This document shows positions 27,254-40,041 of a stretch of DNA of 64,000 bases, one piece after another (within the stretch, counting starts at the first letter, position 1; each line of letters opens with the position of its first letter). A program made the translations under genes and the position numbers. Under the pieces are notes generated by a model. That model was not told the origin of the DNA. It ran no database searches and saw only the letters and a program-made list of their open reading frames with translations. The DNA comes from Eimeria praecox (Eukaryota). The stretch is taken from contig OY986949.1 of NCBI GenBank assembly GCA_963920595.1, forward strand, positions 2,852,001 through 2,916,000, in the 5' to 3' direction.

Positions 27254-28699
27254 GTAGCAGCTAATGCGCCAATGGTGGCGGTGTTGACTGCTTGTGTTGA
27301 GATAGGCTGGCTTCATTGCGCGGTGCGGCTGCTTTGATTGCCTCGTGCTGTCTGGCAGAGGCTTCGTTATGTGCGCTGAGGCTCATCTGTAAGGCTTGCT
27401 GCTGTAGCGGAAAATGCTGCAGCTTGTAGCTCACCTGCTGTTGTAGCCAAGCCTCTTTAATAGTTTGTCCTCTTAGTGGAGGGAGAGGGCTAGAAAGAGG
27501 CAGCTTGTCGTTTCTGTGTCACTTTGGACGTTTCTGCTGCACTAGCAGCAGAAGCACGAGCGGCGGCGCCTGCATCAAAAGCAGGCGCATACGCTGCTGA
27601 GTGCAACAGCATAGTTGGCCCATCCTTAGCTTGCAAGGCCGGGGGGGCTGGCTTTTGTTGTGGGTTCTCTGGAGCAGTGGAAGAGACAAAGATTCGTTGA
27701 TGATGCATTTTCTTTTGGCTATAGCTTTTTATTGCCGACGTGGTTGGGGTCACCCGTCCATTTGTCCGTTGCTTCCTCTCTCGCTCTCTCTTCCCCCTTA
27801 GTGCATCAGAAGTTTCGTACTTTTCGGTGCTTTGTTGCTTCATTCGTTCTTTGTGTAGACTATCAGAATTTAGTGCGAGGTAGGGAGCAACAAGGGTCAT
27901 GGCAGCAGTTAGTGCAAATGAGTGCCTGTATTGCTGCCTTTCATGATACGCCTGAATTTTCTCCTTGTATTTGAGCTGGCTTTTCTCCTATCTCGTCTTT
28001 GCTTTTTCTTACTTGTGTCTGCATGCATTTCTATCCAGTGTGGGTAGAGGGGCTGGAGGCGCGATGAGCCAGCATGACTGGGTGAATCCTCCTCCCTGCA
28101 GGCCTGCAGAAATCTACATTACATGCGCATTTCACTCATATGAGATGTGCATGTAATCGTGTTGTGCTTTGTTACCGCTCCTGTAGCTATTAGGAGTTTC
28201 TGTATCAGTTAAACAAGCGAAAGGAATGACCCTTCGCTCAGAGCCAGTTCCGAAGGTGCAGAAGAGATGGGTGCAGTCTGCAAGGAATGGTTCGCAAGCT
28301 ATTCACCTCTGCTGCCTCTACTTTCCGTCGATTGTAGAAGGAGCGTTCCTAGTAACAGGGGATTAGATATGGCGTCGGCGCCTGGCAAGAGCTCCAGCTT
28401 CCTTGTGCAGTATAAGGCCGTCTAGAAGTTGACGCCGTAGGAGTGTTGAACAGCCAGTGTATTTAGTGTTCGCGCTCATTTTGTCAGCAGAGTGAAGTCG
28501 AGATTTCCACTCAAGTGCAGAGCAGAATGATCCTTAGTATTAAGACGGGGAAGCTACGCAGGATCCCGAGGAGGGTCTCCTGTTGGCTCGATGAAAATTC
28601 CAAGGGCTCTGTTTTCGTATTTTGGGTTGCATATAGTTATTAAATGAGTGACGTGGCTACGTATCACCGTTAATGAATACCGAAATTGCAAATACCCGC

Positions 28700-29219
28700 T
28701 TAACTGAATGAAAGACTACCGAGGAACAATTCAATACTTTAGCCGTTTCTCAAGGGCTTGCCAGCTCTCGAAGGTGGCGAAAACGCCAGCTTGTTGCTGC
28801 GTCGTAAAGGCGGTCCTGAGGCATATCCGTGTCAAACAGTTGCGAGTTACTGGCCCATCGAGATTAATAAATTCAACATAAAGAATCCAGAAAGTAGTTG
28901 TCGCAGTGTGGAGGTGAGGCAGGAGGGTTTGAGAACCTTCAAAATAAATTATTTCTGGATGGTTACGCCGTCAGCCCTACACGTGTCCGCGGCTGTAAAA
29001 CACTTATTACGCATGTTGGAAAGGCTACTGCAGCCGTGCAGAACCGTTTTCCGCCCAACCAAAAGTACTTCCGTTTTGATCTCACATAGGCAGCTGCATC
29101 GCCTGATGCATGTTGGAGCGTAAGATCTGTAGAATAGGGGATCCGGCACCTCCGTCGTGCTTTTCATCAAGCAAAAGCATAGCCAGGACGAACAGCCTGT
29201 ACCTAGGATTCTACACTTG

Positions 29220-29264
<45 letters not shown>

Positions 29265-29343
29265 GGAAAGACAGGTATATATATCTCTATATAGATACAT
29301 AGAGATATAGATATATAATATAGATATATAGATGTGGGTATGC

Positions 29344-29386
<43 letters not shown>

Positions 29387-31200
29387 GAGAGAGATCTATA
29401 TCTATACAGGTATATATAGAGATATGCACATTATATATATATATATATATATAATGTATGTATATATATAGAATATAGACACGGATATGGATATAGTTCG
29501 AATTCCAGCATACGACAATACTTCGCGAAGCTGATTCAGCGCCAGTAGTGCAATTGCTACACGACCGTCTGTGCGCTTACCTTTTTAATGCGCATTTCCT
29601 GCATTATAGCTATCACTAATGGGTTTTATGAGCTCATTGTGCGTCGCTACGTTAGTATGGAAACGCATATACGCCATTACTAACCTCTAGCTAACAGCCT
29701 AATAACGAAGATGTTATTAACGGAAGAAATGCCGGTTTGCTGAAAAGCCCCAACTGTTTTCCCCCACCATGCCACGCGCCTCTCGCTAGAGAGAGGTGGG
29801 ATGGCTATTGCTTAGCCCTTGGCAATTGCTGTCAATGAGCTGAGGAGGGCTACCCCTTCCTCTGCTCTTCAAATTTATTCTTTTGCCACGTTTGAGGTCA
29901 TCGACACGCCCCCTCAATCAGGATGCCATTACTGAATCTTTGACCAGCGGGAGCTAGAGAAACAGTCGCACTCTATTAGAAGTCTTCTCCCTACTGCGTC
30001 CACCTCTGTGATTCTTTCCATGTTAAGTTGTTTGAGCCTCCCTCAAGTACGGTCTACTTATGGCCATCGCGACGGAGTGCATGCACTTCTTTGTCGCTTC
30101 CCGCGGTGTGTCTGCTGCGCGTTGGACCCCTTTCGAGCCTCGAGAGACACCGCTGCCATTCCTTTTACGCGGATATTATGCAAAGTCTTCTGGGAGAGCT
30201 GAGAGCACTCACTCACCGCTCTCCAGCATGTAAACCCCAACAGTGTCTTCTGGGGGCCGGAGGCTTGTCCTCCACTAAGCCGCCCACTGCATGCCTAGAA
30301 AATTCTCGTGGTGAGCAGAGTGGACGTAAATGCCATGCTTCACAATCATATGACACATTTGAGGATGCAGCACTTAACTAGGCGTAAAGAATCCCTCCTG
30401 CGCACTCGCATCGCACCGGGTGCCATTATTTGGCCAGTCACTTACGTGGAAGGGCATTTCCCATGAACTATTTCTACGGTAATAATGTTCTCAGCTTGCT
30501 GTGTTGAGGATGCAGCTCTCTCTGCAATAGGACGGCGCACACAGTCTCTGGCCGCCTGCCCTCCAGAGGGCAAACTCTGGGATCCCCGCTGTTTGGGAGA
30601 GGAGAAGGCTGCAGTTTCAACAAAAACAATGTGGTGAGGGGTCTTCTGCTGGCCAGGGAAAGCGCTTTAACGGGCAAGTAGTGCCCTGCGTACGCCAAAG
30701 AAGAGAATAGCTACGAGCGGTGTCGACAGATTGCTTCTGGGCATTTCAACGCGCGAGCAACCCTACCGTCTGCAGTTCCGCCAAACAAACGTTTAGCGAG
30801 AGTACTCAGCTTTAGACTAGAACTCATGAGCTGTGCTGATGTGGAGACCCCTGCAGGAAATGCGATCAAATAGCAACTGTGTACCCCATCCGCCTGCAGG
30901 GAAAGGAGCCCCTTCTGTTGTGAGTTAATGCTCCCTCTGCTGCGTTGGGACGTATGCTTCTACCTGCGTACAGGCTGCCTACAGATGGTTAAAGAAGCGA
31001 ATAGCCACTGCGTACAGTGTTAGTACATGCAGCATATGCGGATGGGCTGCGCTTGTATGTGAAGTTGCTCTGTAGCACTAGTAGCACCAAGGTTTATTGC
31101 AATTCTTGCCAGTCTGCATCCTCTCCGCACCAGCCTCATAAACTGGGCCTTTGCGCACAGAGAGAATGGAGACGGGAGGGAAGGCTACCAGCTGTTTTTT
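28700..31200 (+). mobile_element. Highly degenerate Ty3/gypsy-type pol relic (RT and integrase fragments)
   Basis: RT-like [23 protein letters not shown] at about 28995-29065. Integrase-like PWQLLSMS*GGLP at about 29817-29856 (consensus PWxxISMDFxxGLP), FYADIMQSLLGELRALTHRSPACKPQ at about 30163-30240 (consensus ...SSAYHPQ), and PMNYFYGNN at about 30460. Many stops; interrupted by an AT microsatellite. Confidence 0.5.
29221..29475. repeat. Compound (TA)n/(TAGA) microsatellite
   Basis: Several TA runs separated by degenerate tagata/tacata units. Confidence 0.9.
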
Positions 31201-32474
31201 CTGTGAACTTTTACTATCTTGCGTGTTAGCCATGCACTCCCGGGGAGTGCAGGGTCCGTGGCTACAACGGCCTTGTCAGGTGTGTGCACAAACGTTTTGA
31301 TAAACTGGTCAATGCAGCTCCAAATACACCAGAGCTACAGTTTACTTCACGAAGAAGCCATGCAGCGTTACCCCGTAGGTACTGTGATACCGTTGCGCAG
31401 GAAGGCAACGTAATGCAGAAGCACCAAAGAAGTAGCTTTGCAGGCTCTGACTCACAGATAATTAATGAAGTGGGTAAAATGGTATCCCATGATACCCCCA
31501 CGAAAGTGACCTGCGCCACACTACACGAAGGCCGAGCCCTCCACAGCCACACCCCCCAACATGCTCGCTGCTGCGATTGTTGAATGTCTTGCTGTTTGGC
31601 GAGGTGTAAATGGAGTGTTGAATAGTATCCTGTCTGTGCATATGTATGTCTTGGCCTGTTTCTACTTTGGGCAGCACTGGCGAGGTGAGGGGCAATGAAT
31701 GTGGGAAGGTGTCGGCGCCGCTGCACAGGGTTGGGGCCCAAACTCTACAGGCCCTAAGAGATTGAAGTCTCTTCTTCTCTTAAAGATATCTTATTCGAGC
31801 AGCAACATTAACAGCTGCTGCCTCGATATCGTGAAGTGTTGCTGAGTCTTGGTTGCGACGCAGACCGTAAGCCACTGAATTTCCCGCAGGACAGGGCTTA
31901 CCGTAATTCGGTAGCTACCCATTCGCCGTACATCTACGTTGAGCGGTGAAAGCACATATTTTCCTTGTGCCGTTTACTTCTCAAGCATTGCCAAGTGGGA
32001 GAGGAATGGCCTGTGTTGAATGTTGTCGGATCACCCCTGAGTTGTTGCATAATCCTAAAGAGATCCTCGGGGCAAACAGGGGGAGAAGGAGCTGTATTTC
32101 CATCGGAGATCCTGACAGTATAGATTGTTGAGGGCAAACAACGACTACTGCATTTTCACTAAGGGCGGCATTCACCGAGAGGCGCTTTCTGCACTTCTCG
32201 ACAGAGCCCATCTAGATAGGCGGGCTTAACGCACGCACCCGGACCCGAGGTGTATATTCTCGTGCATGTGTGCGTATAAACAACAACTATTTCCATCGGC
32301 TGATATTGCTGGCCAAAGCAGCTAACCATATATAATAATAGGCATACAGCTGAGCGTGCTCTTGCACTTGCATGGGTTGTCGCCAGTTGGTGAGGAGAGG
32401 CTGCCATTTTTCCCTGCCTCTAACGAAAACGAGTGTTTCCTCGTCAATTTTATACCCATCCCCTGCTTGCCGCG

Positions 32475-33113
32475 ATGGCTTGTAAGTTTGAGAAGCCCCT
32501 TTTGTGGCTGGACTGCGAGATGACGGGCCTCGACCCTTTGACGGACAAGATCTTGGAGGTTGCATGCATTTTGACAGACGGGGAGCTCAAGCACATACAG
32601 GAAGGGCCCAGCTTGGTGCTGCATTGTCCCAAATCTGTGCTTGACATGATGGGGGAATGGTGCAGCAACCAGCACAGAAGTTCCGGGCTGACAAAGGCCT
32701 GTTTGCAATCGACTCTGACTGTAAGAGATGCGGAAAAGAGCATTATTGATTTCTTGAAGGCGAACAACGTAGAAGAGCAAACAGCGGTTCTCGCGGGAAA
32801 CTCGATCCACGTGGACAAGGAATACCTGCGAAGGGAGATGCCGGAGCTCCTGAAGTTTCTGCACTATCGAATCTTAGATGTTTCCAGCATAAAGATCATT
32901 GCGGAGCGGTGGTTTCCCTCATTGGCAGTCCCAAAGAAGTCATACAATCATAGGGCGCTGGACGACATCAAGGAGAGCATTCAGGAACTCAAGTACTACC
33001 GGCAGAACATCTTCCAGTCAACAGCTGAGTACGCAGCGCAACCCGTCGTACAGCTTGAGGAAACCAGAACAAACAACATGGACACAAAGGATGACGAACA
33101 ACAACGAATATAG
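32475..33113 (+). CDS. REXO2: Oligoribonuclease (Orn/REXO2), DEDDh 3'-5' exonuclease, single exon
   Basis: LLWLDCEMTGLD...ILEVACILTD...MGEWCSNQHRSSGL...LAGNSIHVDKEYLRREMP...HYRILDVSSIK...HRALDDIKESIQELKYYR: all canonical Orn motifs present. Confidence 0.95.
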   Translation: MACKFEKPLLWLDCEMTGLDPLTDKILEVACILTDGELKHIQEGPSLVLHCPKSVLDMMGEWCSNQHRSSGLTKACLQSTLTVRDAEKSIIDFLKANNVEEQTAVLAGNSIHVDKEYLRREMPELLKFLHYRILDVSSIKIIAERWFPSLAVPKKSYNHRALDDIKESIQELKYYRQNIFQSTAEYAAQPVVQLEETRTNNMDTKDDEQQRI

Positions 33114-34106
33114 GCTTAATACTTGAGTTGCAACAGGCGGGCTTCTGTCAAAGGCCGGGGGACGATACAAGAGCCGACTCGCAGATTTTTTATTAAGGAG
33201 TGCGAGAGGGAGTTTTACGCATAACTTGAGGGCAGCTCATGAATTCATTGAATGCTCCACCAGATCCTAGCGTGCATTGGCTTGCCTCGACGTCGTGCAC
33301 GCTGCTGTGCCGCGCAGGCATTCAAAGAAGTGCCAGCCCCAACTGGTGTTGGTTTATAATCACGCGTGCTTGTCCCAACCGAACCGCTGAAACAGATGTT
33401 CGTAACAGATAACGAAGGGCTCTGGAAGCGCTACATCCGGAAGCGCTAGGTTGGTGGGGGCCGACCACTCACGGGGGCTTTTTCGTTATTTTTGAAAGTG
33501 GGAAAACAGGACTTCGGTTTTGCGCCTAGTGTTTTTTTTTTTTAAGGGAGAAACGCAGTATTGTCTACACTGCGTGTAGCGGTGCCAGGAGTGCAGTCCA
33601 GATGCTGGATCCGTCTGGATCTGTGTCTCAGTCTTTCCGTCGTCCGCTTGCTACGACGGTGACGGCTTACGCTTAGAAATCAAGGGTGTCGTAGCGGCCT
33701 AGGTAGCTGTTCTGTTGCATAGACACGCAGGGATCTACACCTTGTTCAGAAGCCTAGCTATCTACTGTTGACGCTGAGGGCGCCACAGGCATTCCCTCCC
33801 GTGAATGAGGTAGCTCGACGGGCCAGAGGAGCACTTCCTCACCAGTCAGAAGGTCCAAGCCAAAACTGCAGATACTCCAGCTAGCCATCTGGCTACTGTA
33901 GCGAGGTAGACAGCTGCTACAGCTAGCCAGGGAGCTGGTGTAAATAGCCACAGCGGGTGCTCATATAGACATATGAAGCCCTTCGACCAAGGCTACAGCC
34001 TTGGTCGAAGGCCTTAGCAAAAGGCTGCCGCAAAGGGTACTTCACATCCCGCGAAAGCACAAGTAAGGCAGAACCTTACAAGACTACTACAGACCAGATA
34101 ATACCA

Positions 34107-37100
34107 CTAGGGCGCTGCACCGGGAGTTGTTGAAGTGACGTGCAGCCCGCGCGTCCTGTTATCTGTTTCCGCTCTCGCAGTCGCTGCTGCTGTTGCTGCG
34201 CCTGCCGCACGCCCACGTTGTTTTTTTCGTCTTTTCCACGTTTGCTGGGCTACAGGAATAAGGCCCAGTGAGATATCTGTTTCCGCCGGATGCCCTCTCT
34301 TTCCGTCTCGACTTCCTCCAATGATGTCCCTTGACTCATCGGGTAAGGCAGAAGCATCTGGTGAGACCTGGGATGCTGTTGCTGCTTCTGCTGATACGGT
34401 TGCTGCAGATCCACGAATTCTTGTAGGCTCTGCAACTGCTGCTCCTACAGTTTCTGGATCCGGTGGCGGCGGGGGGTGAGCGGGGAGAATCAGGCTGTCC
34501 AGGCTCTTGCTGTCGTGAGTTTGTTCCTTTTGCTGCTGCTCGCCCATTGGCGTTGCTACCCTATTCTGTTGCCTAGTGCTACGAACGTGTAGCAATATGC
34601 CCTTCTCCATCCGTTGCAGCTGCCGATACACCCAGCGCGCAACTTGCCGTGCTTTTTGTGCGACGTTTCTGGCCTGAGCACAGCAGCGACGCATCCGTAA
34701 TACACATAGCCTGAACACACATGCCCGGCCCCAGCAGCTATTGCGGCTGATGTTGTTGCTGCGCTGATACGGCTGCTACTGCAGTTAAAGGTGCCTTAAC
34801 TCACATTACCAAAAGAAGACGAACTATTAGACAGGGCCGTGCCTGCAGAACAATGGAAATACACCACAGCCAGCAGAGAAATAACAAGCTAAGAGGACAA
34901 AAGTATATGGCAGTAAAAACGACAGGAGTAGCGGTAAGACCACCAGCAACAACAGAAACCACAGCTGCTCACTGTTAAATATCGGGCATTCCGTGCGAGA
35001 AGAAAGGACAGTCGAAGAAACGCGGACAATGACCGGCGGCTTAGGCCCCTTCACACCTATGGAGAAGAAGCCCCCAAACTGGACAGGAACGTCGTGCTGC
35101 TCCGGCCATTTGCTGTCGTCGCTGCAACTACTATTGCTGCTGCAACTGTTGCTAATGCTCGTGCTTTCGTAGCCACTAGGCCGGCTCTGTGTGTCAGTCT
35201 CCTCCTTTATGCCCTGTGATGGGGGTATCGAAGCATCCGCTGCCGCAAGCAGCTGCTGTTGCTGTGCAGCCACTGCCTCTCTTAGCACTGCAGCAGACGG
35301 CAGCAGATCATCCGTGTCGTCGAGCATTGGCTCCGACTGTTGCTGCTGTTGCTGTTTCTCCTCCTGCTTCTCCTGCTCCCCTGGTTGCTGACGCTGGTCC
35401 GGCTCGGCTGCAGGAGCAGGAGATGAAACTGCCTTTTCCAAAGCTCCCTGAAGGCAAACCGCGAACAACAGCAAAACTCGCGTGCCACGGTGGTGCCTTT
35501 CATTCACCAGGTGGGGTACACCAGCAGCCAGGGCAGCGGGTGTAGTTAAGGGCCTTTCGTTTGAAACAGGCAACACACTTGAATGGCTCTAAGGATCTCT
35601 GCGCCGTATCGGTTAAGCGCTGGTGGTGTGGGGCGAATAGCGTGACGGAGTTGGACGTGGTTCAGTGGCCTCTGCAGAAGCAACAGCCGTAGCATCACAC
35701 CCGCAGCAAACGCCGCATTTGAAGTCAGGGACGCAGCAGCTCGTGCCACAAAGGGTGGGATGACCCGAAAGGCAAGAAGCAAACCTGCATCCTCGGCAGC
35801 AACTACCCGGCTGCCTCTCCGCTCCTGCTGCAGCACCGACTGATGCTCCCACTAGCTGCCATCGTGCGCAGGCTGCTCACCCTTTGCGCCAGAAGCAAAA
35901 TGCATGCATTTGCCAGGACTGCGTGGGGGCTGACGTCCCTCTTTCGCGCGACAGAATCTCGCCATGAGAGGAGTCCCTTCTGAGCCCAACGAAAAGGAAA
36001 CACAAATGCGTTCATACCTCACCAGCAAGAGCAGCGAAAGCCCACGCCAGCAACGTAAGCAGGAAGGGATCACGCAAGACATGCATCACCGACAGTTTCG
36101 ACAGGAGAAGATGAAAAGCAAACGCAAGTGCCAGCCTGACGACCGCCCTTGTCTAGGATAGTCGACCACCACCAACAGCCGCACGAGGTGCATCAGGGGC
36201 ATTAGCTTCATGATCAGCTTATCTTACAAGAACGGCAAAAGAAAGGGGAGCAAGGGCGGTGTTGTTTCTTTTGAGCAGTTGGGTCGCCTCCTTCTCCTCA
36301 TCAAACGGACCCTCAGTGTATGTGGAGAGGCAAATGTCTCTGCTTCTCTCCAGCACGCTTAGCATTGCAGATCGGCCTGACTGTACGCCAGCACAAAGCA
36401 CAGGCAAATACCCCCACTGCTGGCAAACGGCTGCTGCGCTGCTGCCCTCGGCACTCGCCCGCCCTACTGCTGTTTTTCTCCCGCTCTGATTCGACAAGCA
36501 AAGTGGCTGAGAGGCGCAAAACTAAAGTCATGGGTTGGGAATCTGCATCTAACTGATGACAGCAGCATCGCATGCTGCTGCCTCTACTGTGCCTCAGACA
36601 CATACAGCTGTAGGGGCCCCGAGCTCCTCGGGAGTGGTGCTGCCCAAGTTGTACATCCCCGTCCTGCGGACGCAGTCGCAGCAGCAGCGGCAGGACAGTA
36701 GTAGCAAAATGCACAGTTCGGAGAACACAAGGAGAGCAGAAGCCAAAATGCTCTATCCATTCTCGTGGCCCAACGAACCGCCGACTGCTACTGCCTCTCC
36801 AGGGGCCGGAACAGCAGCAACAGCAATTAAAGCAGCACGCACTGGTCGTCTCTGGCGAGAATTTGGTTCTGCATGCACTGGTAGATATACGGCAGGTAGT
36901 GCGTGTCAGACCGGCCGTAGGTCTTCATCGCCTCCGTCAAAGGCCTAAGCAGAAGTATCCGGGAAATACGCAGCAGCAACAGATACGCAACTGTGGCAAA
37001 CGTGCATGGCAGCGACAATGTCTGCCAGCACCAGAGCTCAAAATAGACAGGCGCAGCAAGACACCTCAGCAGTCCCATCATGAAGCTGGTGGAGAGCGCA

Positions 37101-40041
37101 CCTGATCCTCCAGTCTGCTAGCTGCATTTTTTTGTCCTTTTGCTTCTTTAAATAGAAGCTGAGGAGATTCGCCAGAGAAGCACCACCAGGAACAGCCAAG
37201 GTTCGGGCTGCCACGGCCGTATCAAAGACATTGACGAGGTAAACAGAGAAGTCCCGCTGAGCCAAACAAGAGGCACAGCACAACAAAAGTGGCGTTTTGC
37301 AGCGGCAGAAAAGTACCTCTGCAAGCGTGAGCAGAACCCGCAAGAGGGGCATGCGGGGAAACTGAAACGGAGATAAATATGTCTAGGCACACAACAGGAA
37401 ACAGCTGTGGAGCCGTATCTCGGTGCGCCAGCACAACCAAAGGGTGACAACGGCACAGAAGCCCCGAGGGTGCTGCAACAGAAGACTTCATCAAGTACGA
37501 AGGGGCGAGTGCCACAAGAGAGACAGCTTATTCGCCCAGGCAGCACAGGGGCAAACAGGGCGGACGGAATGCTGTGCATGCTGGGGCGGTGCTGAGAGCA
37601 GCAGCGGGAATCCGGCAAACGCCTATGAGGTGTGCATTAGTACAAGAGAAACAAACTAACAAACATCCAGTTTGCACATGCATTTCACTCGTGTCAGTTT
37701 TCTATTTCAAAACGCAAACAATGTATTCGAAAAGAAGTACAAAGTACAGTACAAAGTAAGTATTTAACCAAGTGATCTACGGAATTCATCTTCAGGTTTC
37801 TGTTTCTAAACGGAAACAATACATTTAAGTACTATGCACAGTGCAACATAGGCACTTCAACTAACTGTTTTCATGGACTTTCTCTGTTTTATCAGATTTC
37901 AATTTCAGAGCTCAAGCAGCACTCAAGTAGATGATAAGCATACCATAAGCATTTCACCTGCCCAATTCCAATAATTTCAAGCATTCCACTTCTTTTCCCA
38001 GTATCCGGTATCAAAACACAAACAGCATATTCAGATAGAGTGTACAGTACACCGTAAGTATTTTCACTACTTAATGCAGCAGGGTGTATTGATGCGGAAC
38101 CAGCGACGCACCTGCAGCCAAATGACGTCGCTCGCTGAGCCGTGAAGGACCTTCAGAATCTTGGGGTTTGCTGTAAGTTCGTTTAAAGCCGGGAGGTAAG
38201 CAAAGAGAGAAAAAGGATCGATGAAGAAGTCCTTGGCTGCCCCCACGCTACTGCATGTGGACAGCTGCAGCAGGCATACGAAGCCTTTGTAGCTTTCATA
38301 CGAATGATGTTCCGTGTCGATGGCTACAACCTTGTGGCGTCCTGAGCAGCGGCAGCAGCGGCAGCAAAGGCAACAACAATGAACCCAGCAGCACGACAGA
38401 CACAGGGAATGCATCACCGTCGATTCCCTGGAACAGTAAGCGTGTGGAGCAGCAGCAGAGAATCCCAAATGCAATATCATCGAGTCAGAGCAGGCTATGA
38501 TACAACCATCTCCAGTGAAGACAGCAGCAGCAGCAAAATCAGCGAGAACTACAAAACAAAAACGGAAAGTCAGCGCATCTGACCGCTGCACAGTTCGTCC
38601 AACATCTCCCGCAGCTGCTCCGGTGTCTCCACTAGAACAAATGGCGTCTTCTCGACAGGCTGAGGTATTGTAGGCTCTTTCAACGCGAAAAAATCTGTTT
38701 GGAGGCATACACAAGTCGCAGCACCAGTGAACATGCACCGCATCAGCTCTGCAAGTATCAGCAGGAGTGGCATGAAGAGAAAGAGATGCTGCTGCTGCTG
38801 CTGCCACATATGCATCTCGTAGATGTAGCTGTTTATCCTTCTGCTGCTGCACCTGCTCCACTGTCGCAACAAACTCTGGTTATCAACATACCTGAATATA
38901 TATCTGGCTGCTGCTTGTCCCCCTGCAGCAGCCACTCCAGGTCCTTCAATTCTCCCTCATATGGGTGCGGAAGCGGCTCCGAGCTCTGTAATTTCTGGCT
39001 TTCATTTTCTTCTTGCTGCAGCTTTTCGATTTGCTGCCCTTGCTGCTGCAGCTGTTGCAGCAGCTGCTGTCGCTGTTGGCCCGTTGCCGCCTCTAGAGCT
39101 CCAGCAGTCAATTCTGCGTCCTCGAACAGCTCCCTACGCCTCTCGAGCCAGAGGGCCTGCTGCTGCTGGGCTTCTACGGTAGCTGGAGACAAAGGGTATT
39201 TCTTATGGGGCTTTTGTTGCAGCCTAGGGACAAATCGTTTGCTGTTGTTGTTTATCAGGTATGCCCAGTGGCTCTGAGGACGGCCCTCGAGCACAGCCAG
39301 CAAATCTGGCAGAGGTAACCCGCGCCTCGACGAGTGTGACGATGCGGGACTGTCAGATACTGCCACATGATGCTGTTGCTTCTGCTGTGTCTTCTGCTCC
39401 TTTTGCTGCTCCTGCTGATGATCCTGCTGATGCCCTTGGGACAGCCGCGTGCGTACCTTCTTTTGGGGGTTGCGCCGGTGCGCCTCCAGGGAGGAGTCGA
39501 CAGCCTCAAGCAGCTCGTCCAGCAACCCCTGAACACTCACCCCGACTCCTTCATGAATCTGCTGCCCGTCTTCATGCAGTAGCGCGATGCTGCTGCTGCT
39601 GCTGCCATTAGCGCCGTTGCTCGAGGGGGAAGGGGGAGCAGCAAGAGAACGATGAAGGGCCTCCGCCCTCTTCAGATGACTCAATCTCGATCCTTCCGAG
39701 TATCCAGAGGCAAGGTCTAGGAGAATTCGAAGGGTATCTGCTGCTGCTGCCTCTGTGGCCCGCCTGGCGCTGCTGCTGCTGGAGGTCTTAATAGTGTAAT
39801 CGTCACCCACAGGCATCCGCTGTGCAGCAGCAGCAACACTGGCTATTTGGTGAAGAAGCTTTTTCAAGCTGTTGAGGGGAGGAGCAGCCTGAGCGGCCGA
39901 AGGCCCTTCTCCTCCTGCTGCCGCATCAGCTGCTTCTCCATGGTGGTGCCCCGCCGAGGCCACACCCTGCTCTGAGGGTTGGCCCAGGGCCTGCTCATGC
40001 TGCAAAAGATATCCATCTATCGTTGGAAGGCTAAAATTCAT
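34107..40041 (-). CDS. RRP6: Exosome-associated exonuclease RRP6/EXOSC10 (DEDDy exonuclease plus HRDC), multi-exon
   Basis: Exons 40041-38892 (RPQSHW..NN...FVPRLQQKPH; PHPYEGEL), 38694-38584, 38341-38112 (VAIDTEHHSYESYKGFVCLLQLST; KVLHGSASDVIWLQ), 37256-37102 (RDFSVYLVNVFDT; QLADWRIR), about 36944-36844 (PLTEAMKTYGRSDTHYLPYIY). HRDC exons about 36500-35580 (WRDSVARKRDVSPHAVL), then C-terminal exons to TAG at 34107. Later exon boundaries approximate. Confidence 0.92.
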
